Positions 63,784 to 64,000 of a stretch of 64,000 bases of DNA are shown piece by piece. Position numbers and translations under genes: made by a program. This stretch comes from Lytechinus pictus (lineage: Eukaryota), in NCBI RefSeq assembly GCF_037042905.1, contig NC_087246.1:7566001-7630000 (forward strand), given 5' to 3'. Positions within the stretch are counted from its first letter, which is position 1. The number at the start of each line of letters is the position of its first letter. The notes beneath the pieces were generated by a model, which was not told the DNA's origin, ran no database searches, and saw only the letters and a list, made by a program, of their open reading frames with translations.

Positions 63784-64000
63784 ATTTTTGTTTCACCTGC
63801 TTAGCAGAGTGAGACTAGAGGCGCCGCTTTCCCGACGGCGGCGGCGTCGACACCAAATCTTAACCTAAGGTTAAGTTTTTGAATGACAGCATAAATTAAA
63901 ATATATATAAACCTAGTTCATGAAACTTGGCCATAAATTTGATCAAGTATTACTGAACATACTGCATGAGTTTCAGGTCACATGACTAAGGTCAAAAGTC
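63784..64000 (+). mobile_element. HINE/Helentron-type element 5' end (runs off the window)
   Basis: TTTTTGTTTCACCTGC..GTGAGAC..GGCGCCGCTTTCCCGACGGCGGCGGCG; paralog of 34203. Confidence 0.75.

Larger units (their letters stand above)
54852..64000 (+). repeat. Segmental duplication 2, copy B (carries an extra SINE, LINE and Penelope-like segment)
   Basis: Block matches to 31681-34300. Confidence 0.9.

Noticed and set aside
1..64000. Host gene exons
   Set aside because: No non-TE ORF with a recognisable domain. Small exons cannot be excluded without transcript data.

Overview
Eukaryotic, AT-rich window made almost entirely of transposon-derived DNA; I found no host protein-coding gene. The repeat families suggest an invertebrate deuterostome, probably a sea urchin (inference). 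It contains one near-intact I/Nimb-type LINE (zinc-knuckle ORF1; APE-RT-RNase H ORF2) nested in a TA-flanked MITE nested in a Kolobok-like element. It also contains two decayed sister LINEs; Rex1, RTE, RTE-X-like and CR1/L2 relics; a frameshifted Tc1 DD34E transposase; an Academ-like element; Helentron-type (HINE) elements; many hAT, Kolobok and Harbinger MITEs; foldback-like tandem arrays; and Penelope-like fragments. Two local segmental duplications provide filled/empty site pairs. Three observations stand out: (1) a 1.22-kb Transib-type element with exact RSS heptamers and 12/23-spaced nonamer-like A-tracts; (2) a SINE with a 7SL (Alu-domain)-like head, a B box and a Meta/Deu-like core; (3) five co-varying minimal hammerhead ribozyme motifs in Penelope-like DNA. 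All family assignments come from reading motifs by eye; no database searches were run.
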